Source: a virus. Taken from it: a stretch of DNA of 64,000 nucleotides. Positions 41,517-50,786 of this stretch are shown one piece after another. Location of the stretch: positions 10,240 to 74,239 of the IMG/VR virus record IMGVR_UViG_3300006735_000025; one strand, written 5' to 3'. The notes beneath the pieces are model-generated. The model saw only the letters and a program-made list of their open reading frames with translations, ran no database searches and had not been told where the DNA came from. The position numbers and the translations under genes are program-made. Numbering within the stretch: position 1 is the stretch's first letter; each line of letters opens with the position of its first letter.

Positions 41517-41823
41517 AATATAAGAAATATTTATCTAATTCACTTTTGTAGTCTTGTAGACTAACAGTTAATGGAAATGGTACTCTTATAACTCTACCGT
41601 CTTTGATGTTCCACTCTTGACCACCATATTCAGGATTAGCTTGTAATATTAACCAGCCAAAATATGGTGTATTATAAACTTGTTGTGATATTTTATCTAA
41701 TCTACTTCTACCAGTCTTGTAAACCAAATACTTATCAGAACTTTTTTTAGGTATTGTTATTAAAGGTACAGTTTTGGTTTCACCATTAATACTAAAATCT
41801 TTATATCTATTGTAATATGACAT
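41506..41823 (-). CDS. Baseplate wedge protein (T4 gp53 / LysM-like)
   Basis: RLDKISQQVYNTPYFGWLILQANP...GRVIRVP. Confidence 0.75.
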   Translation of the reverse strand: MSYYNRYKDFSINGETKTVPLITIPKKSSDKYLVYKTGRSRLDKISQQVYNTPYFGWLILQANPEYGGQEWNIKDGRVIRVPFPLTVSLQDYKSELDKYFLYYGR

Positions 41824-41824
41824 T

Positions 41825-42919
41825 TTAAGTTATACTTATGTTTTTTGTTATTTTTAAATTATAACTACTATTATTGGTACCCATTATAGTAGAATCGTAA
41901 AACCTCCTCACTAATGATAACTCACTATTGGTTTGTGTAAAGTTAACTTCGAAACTATCTACAGCTTTAGGTGTGCCTTTTAATTGTTTTAACTTACTAG
42001 GTAGTTCTGTTTTTTCAAAATAATTCCTATATTTTTTTGTATCATAATTTAATAAGGTTATTCCAAATTTTAATAAATTTGTTTTATAAGTTTCTACAAT
42101 TTCTTTTTTAATACCATCACTATATTTTGTTCTAGATTTTGTTAGGTCTTTAATTAATTGATTTGACCTAAGTGATGTTAATTTTTCAGCATACTCATAA
42201 CGAGTATGTGAATCCATATACCTAATTATATCTTCACTCATTAATTTATCAATAAAAAATAAGTATTCGTTTGGGTATGGTAGTTTATTTGTATATTCTG
42301 GAGTTACTGAACCGTATGCGTTTGAACAAAAAATTTCTAAAGTTTCAGAAGTAGCCGAGACTTCCGATATTAAATTAGTAGTACTTGTTCCTGTTGTTAA
42401 ATTAAAGCTAACTAAACCATTATTAGAACTACCTGTTAAGTAACCACCTACACTAGAAGAAATTAAATTTAGTTTATCTATTGAGTTTGTTAGTTGTAAT
42501 TGTCTATCTCTTAATTCAATTAAAAACTCTAAAAATAATCCTCGTAAATCTACCCAAGAACTTTTTACGTATTTTAATAAAACTTTTTTAACATATTCTC
42601 TATCTTCAGTATTGGCCCCAAAAGGTAATTCTTGTTGTATACCTGTTGTTTGTGCTGTTATAGAATTTGTTAGTTCTAAATATTTCTCATCTATTCTTTT
42701 TAATGATTCTTTTGGAAATCCTACAAGGTTTGGGTTGGTGTCCATTATGTTACCCCACTCATAACTAACATACCTAAACGATTCCTCTAAAACTCCATGT
42801 CCTTTTTTTGTATATAAATCTATAAAACCTGTATTGATAAATTCACTATAATTTTTGGCATTAGTTAAAAATGTATTATATAGTACTTTGTATTTTGTTT
42901 CTCCAGTTAATAATGCCAT
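41825..42919 (-). CDS. Hypothetical protein (364 aa) in the baseplate cluster
   Basis: Coupled to the upstream gene by a 1-nt overlap. No recognisable motif. Confidence 0.5.
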   Translation of the reverse strand: MALLTGETKYKVLYNTFLTNAKNYSEFINTGFIDLYTKKGHGVLEESFRYVSYEWGNIMDTNPNLVGFPKESLKRIDEKYLELTNSITAQTTGIQQELPFGANTEDREYVKKVLLKYVKSSWVDLRGLFLEFLIELRDRQLQLTNSIDKLNLISSSVGGYLTGSSNNGLVSFNLTTGTSTTNLISEVSATSETLEIFCSNAYGSVTPEYTNKLPYPNEYLFFIDKLMSEDIIRYMDSHTRYEYAEKLTSLRSNQLIKDLTKSRTKYSDGIKKEIVETYKTNLLKFGITLLNYDTKKYRNYFEKTELPSKLKQLKGTPKAVDSFEVNFTQTNSELSLVRRFYDSTIMGTNNSSYNLKITKNISIT

Positions 42920-45900
42920 TACTCAGTTTCTTCTAAATGTCCTTGTTTATTTGTTTCACCAGTTTCACCCATAGAAGCGTCCGTACCACCTTCTGGATTT
43001 TTAAAGAAGTTTTGGAAATCTTCAGCTACTTCAGATGGTGTTTTAAATGAATCGAAATCTGAAACCGGTACTTTTTGTGCTCTTTCATCGTATAATTCTG
43101 TATTCGCAAAATAACTAAATGATAATGCATTTTGTAATTCACTAACAGGACCATCCAATCCTTGACCACCAATAAATTTAAAGTTTGTTTGTACACTAAC
43201 TATCATTGGTTGTACCCCTATACCTTCTGGATTTAAATCTAAAAGGTTTTCATCGTAACTAAAACTTATAGAATCAAAAACAACTTTAGAATGGTAAAAA
43301 TCACCAATCCTTAATACACATACTGGTGGTGGTCCAAAAGCCGTATTATCAGCGTCAACCATGGTAGTTCCTTGTTCTGTCACTGTAGGTATGGTTTTTC
43401 CAGGTCTTAAACATTGTTGTAAAAATGTTAGTCTAGAATTTAACCCCTCAGGTGTTATAGCGTGGAAAGCTGGATGGAAAAACTTTAAATTATCTCTTAG
43501 TGATTGATATATAAATGGATATTGTTCTCTTAAAAATGTAAAGTAGTTGGATTCTCCTAGTAGTTTTCTAATTATACTAGTAATTGTAGCTTTCTTATCT
43601 GTGTAACCAATTCTAAACCCACCATTAACAGTCCCTTGATTAACATTGTCAACATTTAAGTGTCCATTTTCAGCATCCTTATTTTGATTATTTTCAATTT
43701 GTTGTGCCTGTTCTTCAGTTAAGTGACCACCCATATCTGTTTCAGAGGATAAATTATCTAAAACAGTATTGTTTTGGTCGGCATTATAATCATCTGTAAC
43801 ATCTTTTGACCCACCAGCTAACGACACTTGTACTTGATTTAAAAATTCGAAACTTAAGTTAGGGTATTGTTCTGCTAGTTGGTATATGTCGTACTTTCTA
43901 CACCCAGCAAAAAAGGCCTCTAAAATAGCATCGGCTTCCGCGTCTGGCATACCTTTTAATTGTGTATCTATTATAGAATTTAATATAGATGGGTGGTCAA
44001 CTACTATTTTCCAAGAAAGAGTACCTAATCTTTCCGTATGGTTATAAGTGTATATTGGTTCTGTTCTTCCTAGGAAATTTGTTGGACTCCAACTAGTAGA
44101 ATTAGTATCACCAACTTGTATATCATATGGTGGGAACCACATTATCCTACCACCATTAGGTCCTTTTTCTGAAGCCGGTAATTTTGTATGTTCACTTGTT
44201 CCTCTCCAAGATAAATTTTCAACAGAAAACATATATTTTTTAACTTTAGTCCCATCTGGCATTGTTGTGGACTTACCACCATCTAAATTTGTAGGTGCTA
44301 TATTTAAATTAAATGTAGAATCTAAAACAGAATCTGTATTTTTCCACATGTTACCACCACTTCTAACTAAATCTTTATATCTGGTATATGGTCTATCTTT
44401 AGTCCAAGCTCTACAATATTCCACACAATTCCAAACTACTTCACCAGGTATAAAGTCAACAACTCTAGAACCTTTGGATATATTTTTATATCCGTCATTA
44501 AAAATTTTGGATACCTGGTCTATAGCGTTACCCGCGTGTTTCCATTTTGCACCCCCAAATGGTGGTGCTGAATCCATTAAATTTTGTGTATAATCTAATA
44601 AACCACCTTTCTTTTTTGGTTTTAAATCAGACCTTGTGGAAAAGAACATCATAGACGAGTCTATCGACTGTACTGAATTTTTTCCAAACCAAGTAAACCC
44701 ACCTTCAATTGTTCCACCATCTATGGTAGCTTTACCCAAAGAACCTATTTGATAGTATCTCCATAGAGCTCTACCGTCTACATTATCAAATTCTTTATAA
44801 ACTTCTGATGGACCATAAACTAAAGCTCTGATTTCTCTACCAAAAACATCTTTAGGTGTTGCTTCAATAGGTGATTGTATTAAACCTGGTTCTGTATTTT
44901 TACTACCCACATAGTAATATGAAAGTGGTGCTTTTACTGATGGGTCTACCTGTGCTCTAGTATAATCTGGTCTGTAGATGTTATAATTAAGATTATTAAA
45001 TAGTAAAGATTGTTGGTCTTTACCCATATACTCTATAAACTTATCTGATGGTGCGGGTACACTTAATGGTGTGTTAGGTAATGGGTTAGAGTTTGCTATC
45101 CCATTCCATATAGAATTTAATATCGCTGAAGCTTGACCGGCCATAGTTACTTGAGCTATGTTATTAGCTCCTTGTCCAGCGATACTATTAATATCTAATG
45201 GTGTAACCGGTAAAAAATAATTACCTGGTATAGGTGATTCTACTGAAAATACACCTTCTAGTCTAGATAGGTAATCTGATTTTGGTGGTATTAAAGCTCC
45301 TGGTGATGTTGTTAGGTTTGAAGTGGCGGAACCTTCGTCACTAATGTCAAAATCAAATTGAGCTATATTATAACCTAAATTATCTTTTAAATAAGGAAAT
45401 GATGATTTTATTAGGATTGAGTCATCTAGGACCATTGAATTTACAGTAACTAGGTTTCCATTATTACTAGTTACTGATTGTAATACTTCTATAGCTGTGT
45501 AGTTTGAGTAGGAAAAGTTATCAAATGAAATTCCAGGTTTAAATCCTTGTGGTTGTAGAGTATTAGGGCTTATATATTCTAACTGAGCTTCACTAACTAA
45601 ATTTACAACATTAACTGAAAGTGGGTTACCGTAACCTGTTTGAGGACCATACTTGTTTACTAAAAATTGTGTTTCTTTTAATGGTATTCCATTAGTATCT
45701 GTAACTTCTTCAGGTAATGGAGAATCTGTTACTGATTTCCAAACTTGTGAAGATACTACAACACTACCGGGTTGTTGGTCACCATTAGGTGGTATAGGAT
45801 TACCTCTATCTAGATACGAACCATCTAAATTTCTAGCTAGTAAAGCTTCCCTAATTCTTTGTGTACCCAAAAGTGAAATGTTAAAGTCTCCTTGGGTGAA

Positions 45901-45936
45901 TGGGTAGTTTTTTCCTGTATTTTTACCTATTGACAT
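42919..45936 (-). CDS. Baseplate / tail-tube-initiator-like protein (gp48/gp54-like fold in the C-terminal half)
   Basis: WSPTNFLGRTEPIYTYNHTER and PPVCVLRIGDFY...ISFSY...PMIVSVQTNFKFIG are tube-like motifs. Follows the tape-measure gene. Confidence 0.6.
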   Translation of the reverse strand: MSIGKNTGKNYPFTQGDFNISLLGTQRIREALLARNLDGSYLDRGNPIPPNGDQQPGSVVVSSQVWKSVTDSPLPEEVTDTNGIPLKETQFLVNKYGPQTGYGNPLSVNVVNLVSEAQLEYISPNTLQPQGFKPGISFDNFSYSNYTAIEVLQSVTSNNGNLVTVNSMVLDDSILIKSSFPYLKDNLGYNIAQFDFDISDEGSATSNLTTSPGALIPPKSDYLSRLEGVFSVESPIPGNYFLPVTPLDINSIAGQGANNIAQVTMAGQASAILNSIWNGIANSNPLPNTPLSVPAPSDKFIEYMGKDQQSLLFNNLNYNIYRPDYTRAQVDPSVKAPLSYYYVGSKNTEPGLIQSPIEATPKDVFGREIRALVYGPSEVYKEFDNVDGRALWRYYQIGSLGKATIDGGTIEGGFTWFGKNSVQSIDSSMMFFSTRSDLKPKKKGGLLDYTQNLMDSAPPFGGAKWKHAGNAIDQVSKIFNDGYKNISKGSRVVDFIPGEVVWNCVEYCRAWTKDRPYTRYKDLVRSGGNMWKNTDSVLDSTFNLNIAPTNLDGGKSTTMPDGTKVKKYMFSVENLSWRGTSEHTKLPASEKGPNGGRIMWFPPYDIQVGDTNSTSWSPTNFLGRTEPIYTYNHTERLGTLSWKIVVDHPSILNSIIDTQLKGMPDAEADAILEAFFAGCRKYDIYQLAEQYPNLSFEFLNQVQVSLAGGSKDVTDDYNADQNNTVLDNLSSETDMGGHLTEEQAQQIENNQNKDAENGHLNVDNVNQGTVNGGFRIGYTDKKATITSIIRKLLGESNYFTFLREQYPFIYQSLRDNLKFFHPAFHAITPEGLNSRLTFLQQCLRPGKTIPTVTEQGTTMVDADNTAFGPPPVCVLRIGDFYHSKVVFDSISFSYDENLLDLNPEGIGVQPMIVSVQTNFKFIGGQGLDGPVSELQNALSFSYFANTELYDERAQKVPVSDFDSFKTPSEVAEDFQNFFKNPEGGTDASMGETGETNKQGHLEETE

Positions 45937-45976
45937 AATTTAAACGGTTTATTATAAATAGTTTATCTAACCATTT

Positions 45977-48166
45977 CTAGCTAGGGGTTGTAGATTTTGA
46001 ACCGCTTTGACTAACACCTAAAGCAATTTCATCAAATAATGGTGGTAGTACTTCTCTAACTTGGTTTGGTGTTAATCTTATTGTATTACCATCATACCTT
46101 ATTTCTAATGGTGAAAAAACAACTTTTACCTCACCACTATCTGACATATTTTGATTGTTTGTATTTACTGTGTTATTTACATAATTGTTTATTAATTCTT
46201 GACCTTCTGGTGTATTTTGTAAATAATTCTCTATTTCTTTTGGGTTTGACATGTCCATCGCGGTAGGTTCTAAACCACCACCATAATATAAACCTCCAGT
46301 TGCTGGGTTACTAGTTCTTTTTTCAAAATCCTCTTGTGAACCTTTAAAAGCACCACTTATCGCCTTACCAGTAGCTTCATTAGCTACATTACCAATCATA
46401 CCACCAGAACTTTCTAACAAAGAAGCTAAATCTTTACCACCTATTATAGTACCACTTAATAACTCATCACCTAATCCAGATTTTGCGATTTGACTAGCTA
46501 ATTCCGAAGCTGATGTTCCTAGGACACCACTTGCTGCGGCTTCTGTTAAAAGATTTTGTATAATAGCTGTATTCGCCGCCATACCTTCTTGTACGGTAAG
46601 TTGTGCTTTATTAACAGCGTCTAAGTCCATCGCATCTTTTTCAGATTGTGTCCTTAGTTTATCCATAATACCACCTTGCATGTTACCTTCTAAAGCTATT
46701 TGTTCTTGTAACTGACTAAAAGATAAGTCGTCACCCATGTCTCCTAATTTCACACTAAATGTTCCATCAGGTTGTATATCAGCCATAGAGGCTATTAATT
46801 CTTTATCTTGTTGACTAAGTTCTGGTATCCCACCTAATTTACCAATTGCTTGAGTTCTTTTAGCTGCTTTAATTGCTGTTTCAGCGAGATTAGTATAATC
46901 TTGTCCGGTAGCGTCAGCTACGGCTTTTAACCTCATTCTTTCTCCTGGTGATATTCCAAATTCACCAGTTTCTTTATTAAATGTTACAGCACTTTCTGCT
47001 GTTTTTACAATCGCGTCTTTTAAACCTTCAACATCATTTTGAGCCATATACATTAACTGGAATGGGTCCAGTAATTCACTAGCGGCTCCACCAATCATTT
47101 GTAGTTTAGCTGCCATATCTATCGCACCTTCAGGTGTAAACGCTTTATCAGCCATCACCATAACATTTTCAAAATTATAACCCAGTACTTGGGATTCTGC
47201 GACCATCTTAGTTAAACCATCAACACCGTTTTTAAATCCGTAAGTATTAATTTTAGCTATATTTTGTTGTACTTTTGGGAGAAGTTTTGATACTGTGGCA
47301 CCATACCTACCAGCTGTAGCTACAGCTCTATTAGTTGTTTCGGTAGCCTCTATAGCTCCAACACCAATTTTATCAAATTCACTAATAACATTGGCCATAT
47401 CTATGTTATATAATTCCTCAAGTTTTGTTGCATTAACTAAGGCCTCTTTAGGTATTAAAAATGCTCTACCTGTTTCTTGACTGACCCCCTGTAAAACTTT
47501 ATAAACATCGTTAGCTGTTAAAGCAAAACCAGCTAATTCTTTACTTGCGTCTGTTATACTCAATATAATATCATCCATGAAGATTTCATCCATCCCCATT
47601 TCTTTGATGATACCTTTACGCATACTGTCCGTAAGTGATAAAATATCTAGGTAGGCCTCCATAGACCCTCTTGCTTTTGCACCAGCACCACCTTCACTTA
47701 AACCAACAAGAGATTGTATCATACCCATCGTATCTCTAAGTGTTAAATCTGCTTGACTTCTTTGTTTACTTAATTCTAATAATACATTTTGACTTTCACC
47801 TAAAAGGTCATAATCTCTATACGGTGTATCACTACCAGTAGACCCTTTAGTATAACCTTCCTTTCTTAAGACTTTTTCAAATTCAGATTTATCAATTCTA
47901 ACCTCATCACCATTACTATCTTGAAAAACAACATCAGCAAATGAAGGTATTGGGTTTTTAACTCCTAATTTTTTAGCTAATGATAGAGATAGTGGGTTAC
48001 CTTTTTTCCCTAATTTTTTAATGGATTTAACCCTAGATGGATAATCGGGTTCGTCATAAGTGTTAAACACACCTAAAGGCACTCCTAATTCTGGGTGGGA
48101 AGCTAGATAAGGTTTTCCTTTGGATAGAAAACTCTCTATTTTAAGTTGTAAAGATAATTTATACAT
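45977..48166 (-). CDS. Tape-measure-like protein
   Basis: Helical Ala/Gly/Met-rich composition (PEGAIDMAAKLQMIGG...DPFQLMYMAQND). Canonical position after tube and chaperone genes. Confidence 0.6.
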   Translation of the reverse strand: MYKLSLQLKIESFLSKGKPYLASHPELGVPLGVFNTYDEPDYPSRVKSIKKLGKKGNPLSLSLAKKLGVKNPIPSFADVVFQDSNGDEVRIDKSEFEKVLRKEGYTKGSTGSDTPYRDYDLLGESQNVLLELSKQRSQADLTLRDTMGMIQSLVGLSEGGAGAKARGSMEAYLDILSLTDSMRKGIIKEMGMDEIFMDDIILSITDASKELAGFALTANDVYKVLQGVSQETGRAFLIPKEALVNATKLEELYNIDMANVISEFDKIGVGAIEATETTNRAVATAGRYGATVSKLLPKVQQNIAKINTYGFKNGVDGLTKMVAESQVLGYNFENVMVMADKAFTPEGAIDMAAKLQMIGGAASELLDPFQLMYMAQNDVEGLKDAIVKTAESAVTFNKETGEFGISPGERMRLKAVADATGQDYTNLAETAIKAAKRTQAIGKLGGIPELSQQDKELIASMADIQPDGTFSVKLGDMGDDLSFSQLQEQIALEGNMQGGIMDKLRTQSEKDAMDLDAVNKAQLTVQEGMAANTAIIQNLLTEAAASGVLGTSASELASQIAKSGLGDELLSGTIIGGKDLASLLESSGGMIGNVANEATGKAISGAFKGSQEDFEKRTSNPATGGLYYGGGLEPTAMDMSNPKEIENYLQNTPEGQELINNYVNNTVNTNNQNMSDSGEVKVVFSPLEIRYDGNTIRLTPNQVREVLPPLFDEIALGVSQSGSKSTTPS

Positions 48167-48189
48167 ACATTTGTTTGTATATAAATATT

Positions 48190-48390
48190 TTATCTTTTGT
48201 TTTTGTTTCTAGCTGTCTCTATTGCTTGATTTCTTTGTTGGATTTCTTCTGAAAATTTGTTAAGGTAGAACCTTCTTTCGAATATTGGCATTTTTAAAAT
48301 GTCTTCTCTGGTAAAATTAAAGTTTTTAGTTAGGTAGTAAATCTCTTCCAACAGGGCATACCTATAGCCCGAAGAAAGGACGAAAAAAGT
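48190..48390 (-). CDS. Start-less +1-frame ORF (T4 gp51-like / 'T' chaperone segment), probably reached by frameshift
   Basis: My translation: TFFVLSSGYRYALLEEIYYLTKNFNFTREDILKMPIFERRFYLNKFSEEIQQRNQAIETARNKNKR*. MPxxER is gp51-like and there is no ATG before it. Confidence 0.65.
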   Translation of the reverse strand, partial: TFFVLSSGYRYALLEEIYYLTKNFNFTREDILKMPIFERRFYLNKFSEEIQQRNQAIETARNKNKR

Positions 48391-49141
48391 TTAAACCAAA
48401 ATTAATAGTAAAATTAACATCTTTACCAGATGGTGATTTAGCTACTCTCTCTAATTCTAAACCAGGTTCAACTATACTTAAAAATTTTCTAATCTGTTGT
48501 GCGTCAAATAAAGGTAATTTGTGTATTTCTAAAGATATAGTCATTGGGTCTTTTTCACCATCTATTTCCACAACACACTTTTCTAGTTTTTTTGTGGCCA
48601 TAGGTTTTACTTTCATACTTTTGTAACTTTCTTCTAGTGTTTGGAAATATTTCGTATCCTCAGGTGTTAGTAGTCTTAATTTACATTTTTTACCTGATTT
48701 AGGTAGTGTGTAGTCAAAAGTTCCGTCTGAGTTAGGTTTAGTGTCCACTTCTTTACTTCTTAAGACTGAAAGGTCTACAGTGTGTTCAAACTCCTTTCCG
48801 GTTTCTGGGTCTTTTAAACTAAATTTATATTCTGGACCAAATGCTGTATTTCTTAAAAATACATATATAGCTTGTTTATCACATTCGGCTAAATTTACAA
48901 CATCAACATCTTTATCTAAAACCTTAGCTCTCAATAAGGTATCCATTAATTCACCAGACTCTGATAAATTAGGTGATGTTAAAATATTTTCATCGGCTGC
49001 TGTTAGGTATGAAACTTTTAAAGATTTTTTCTGATTTTTGTAAAAGACACCTTTAGATGGTAATTCCACTAAGTCATACGGAATTGACGGGTCTATTTCA
49101 TTTTGTTGTAAATTTTCCATTGTATATTCTTTTATTAACAA
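48362..49141 (-). CDS. Tail/baseplate hub assembly chaperone (T4 gp26-like)
   Basis: VELPSKG...YLTAADENIL...LRNTAFGPEY, YTLPKS and C-terminal NFFRP. Between the tube and tape-measure genes. The true start may be the second Met (MENLQ). Confidence 0.75.
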   Translation of the reverse strand: MLIKEYTMENLQQNEIDPSIPYDLVELPSKGVFYKNQKKSLKVSYLTAADENILTSPNLSESGELMDTLLRAKVLDKDVDVVNLAECDKQAIYVFLRNTAFGPEYKFSLKDPETGKEFEHTVDLSVLRSKEVDTKPNSDGTFDYTLPKSGKKCKLRLLTPEDTKYFQTLEESYKSMKVKPMATKKLEKCVVEIDGEKDPMTISLEIHKLPLFDAQQIRKFLSIVEPGLELERVAKSPSGKDVNFTINFGLNFFRPFFGL

Positions 49142-49207
49142 TAATATAAAAAATTATTTAAGAAGTGAATAAAAATTCACAAATATCTACTATAAGTATT
49201 ATAAAAC

Positions 49208-49232
49208 AAAAAACCCACATAATTGTGGGTTT
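49208..49232 (-). terminator. Rho-independent terminator after the tail tube gene
   Basis: CCCACA-ATTA-TGTGGG stem-loop followed by T6 on the minus strand. Confidence 0.75.
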
Positions 49233-49256
49233 CTTAAATATATGTTTAAAGTTAAA

Positions 49257-49745
49257 TTAGTAAACTAATATACATCTATCTGGTCTTAGTGTTGCTGCTA
49301 TATTGGCCATTCCCTCATCACTATAAGATAAATCATTAAAGTTAACATCTGTTAAGAAACAACCTTGTAGTACCCATTTTTCTACTACCACACCTGTTGG
49401 GTCTAACATTTCTAAGTCTATATTCTTTTTATATCCTGCAGCGTAACCCATTCTACCAGTTACTGACTCTGCGTGTAATCTTACCCATTCCATCAATGCT
49501 TGTGAAGCTGACGGTCCGATTGGGTCTCTAAATGTAACATTAATAGTGTTCCATACAAATCTACCAGCTACGTATGTTGACGTATTTAAGAAAGGTATCT
49601 CCACAGAACCTATAGTAACTTGTGGTCTTGAAGTACTTTCTACGTACCATTCGTTAATACCTAAAGATGAATCAAATCTCATTATAAACCTATTCTTTTT
49701 CTTTGGTTCATACGGTACGGGCATTTTCATTAATAAATCGGCCAT
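49257..49745 (-). CDS. Tail tube protein (T4 gp19-like)
   Basis: EPKKKNRF...SRPQV...YVAGRFVWNTINVTFRDPI...YKKNIDLEMLDPTGVVVEKWVLQGCF. Confidence 0.85.
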   Translation of the reverse strand: MADLLMKMPVPYEPKKKNRFIMRFDSSLGINEWYVESTSRPQVTIGSVEIPFLNTSTYVAGRFVWNTINVTFRDPIGPSASQALMEWVRLHAESVTGRMGYAAGYKKNIDLEMLDPTGVVVEKWVLQGCFLTDVNFNDLSYSDEGMANIAATLRPDRCILVY

Positions 49746-49842
49746 GTTTTTTAATTTTTAATTTTTTTATTTGTTAATAAATATTAGTTAAGTTTAGTAT
49801 TTACTAGTTTATATATAAATATACGTTTGCAGCAAAATAATA

Positions 49843-50703
49843 TTAACTATCAATCTTAGATATTATAATCTTATTTTTTTCTCCTTGTGATGTGTCATAA
49901 ATAAAAAATTCTACCCCAGGATATTCTACAGATAATTCTTTTTTAATATAATCCATAACAGCATCTATATTTTTTCTATCATCATCACTAAAACCAATAC
50001 TAAGTTTATCGTACTCACCGTTGGTTAATTTTTGAGCTCCATTAACAACTTTTTCTACATAATCTTTTAAAGCTATTTTTTTACCCTCTTCTGGACTATC
50101 AGCGTCTGAATCTAAACCAAATTTATCTTTAAATTCTGGAGACGATACCGGCGAATAGTCGTTTTGGGATAGGTAAAAGTCTATTTTTTCCTCCATATTC
50201 ATTTCACTTGTGGATGGATAAACTTTTTCTATATTTTCTAACATATTTTTAACTTCGTTAGGTTCAAAAGTCATACCAATTAACAATCTTACACCTTCTT
50301 TTATTGCTGCTGGGGGTGTACCTCTAGCTGTAATAATAGAAAATGGGTTAGCATACATTATTGACTCTTTAAATTTTTCAAAACTAGGTGCAAACTTTTC
50401 TTCTTCTATAGCCTTTCTAACATCTGTTATAAAAGTTTGTGGGTTAGCAAAATCCATAAAAGCGTGGTCTGTCAATCTATAATCACTATCATTTCTTACA
50501 TCAGCAAAATCTTCAGTACTCACATTAACCGGTATCCAATCTAATCCGTCTTTTTTTTCCATCTTAATTTCAGTAGGCATAAAAAGTATATTATCGTCCC
50601 AATCAAAAGAATAACCACGTATTTTTTCTGTAGTCATTACTTCACCTATCTCTTTAACTAATTTTGTTAATTGTCTTTCTGTAAGAATTAAACTTCTTTT
50701 CAT
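49843..50703 (-). CDS. HAD-superfamily phosphatase-like protein with an N-terminal propeptide-like motif
   Basis: Motif I FDWDDNI, motif II IITARG, Lys in EGKK, motif IV GFSDDD. N-terminus LILTERQLTKLVKEI. Confidence 0.65.
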   Translation of the reverse strand: MKRSLILTERQLTKLVKEIGEVMTTEKIRGYSFDWDDNILFMPTEIKMEKKDGLDWIPVNVSTEDFADVRNDSDYRLTDHAFMDFANPQTFITDVRKAIEEEKFAPSFEKFKESIMYANPFSIITARGTPPAAIKEGVRLLIGMTFEPNEVKNMLENIEKVYPSTSEMNMEEKIDFYLSQNDYSPVSSPEFKDKFGLDSDADSPEEGKKIALKDYVEKVVNGAQKLTNGEYDKLSIGFSDDDRKNIDAVMDYIKKELSVEYPGVEFFIYDTSQGEKNKIIISKIDS

Positions 50704-50708
50704 ATACT

Positions 50709-50715
50709 ATAAATA
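50709..50715 (-). promoter_or_regulatory. Recurrent coding-strand TATTTAT motif (candidate late promoter), representative copy
   Basis: Other copies start at 23936, 26363, 26599, 30305, 35248, 35264, 45954, 48181, 49777, 49815, 51767, 51773, 57023, 58904 and 63874 (minus genes) and at 60697 (plus gene). All lie just upstream of a start codon and on the coding strand. Confidence 0.7.
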
Positions 50716-50729
50716 TTAAGTTATTAAAT

Positions 50730-50759
50730 AAAAAAAACCCCACATTTCTGTAGGGTTTT
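50730..50759 (-). terminator. Rho-independent terminator
   Basis: Minus strand: CCCTACA-GAAA-TGTGGGG followed by T8. Confidence 0.75.
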
Positions 50760-50786
50760 ATAATTCAGTATATTTAATTTATTGTT

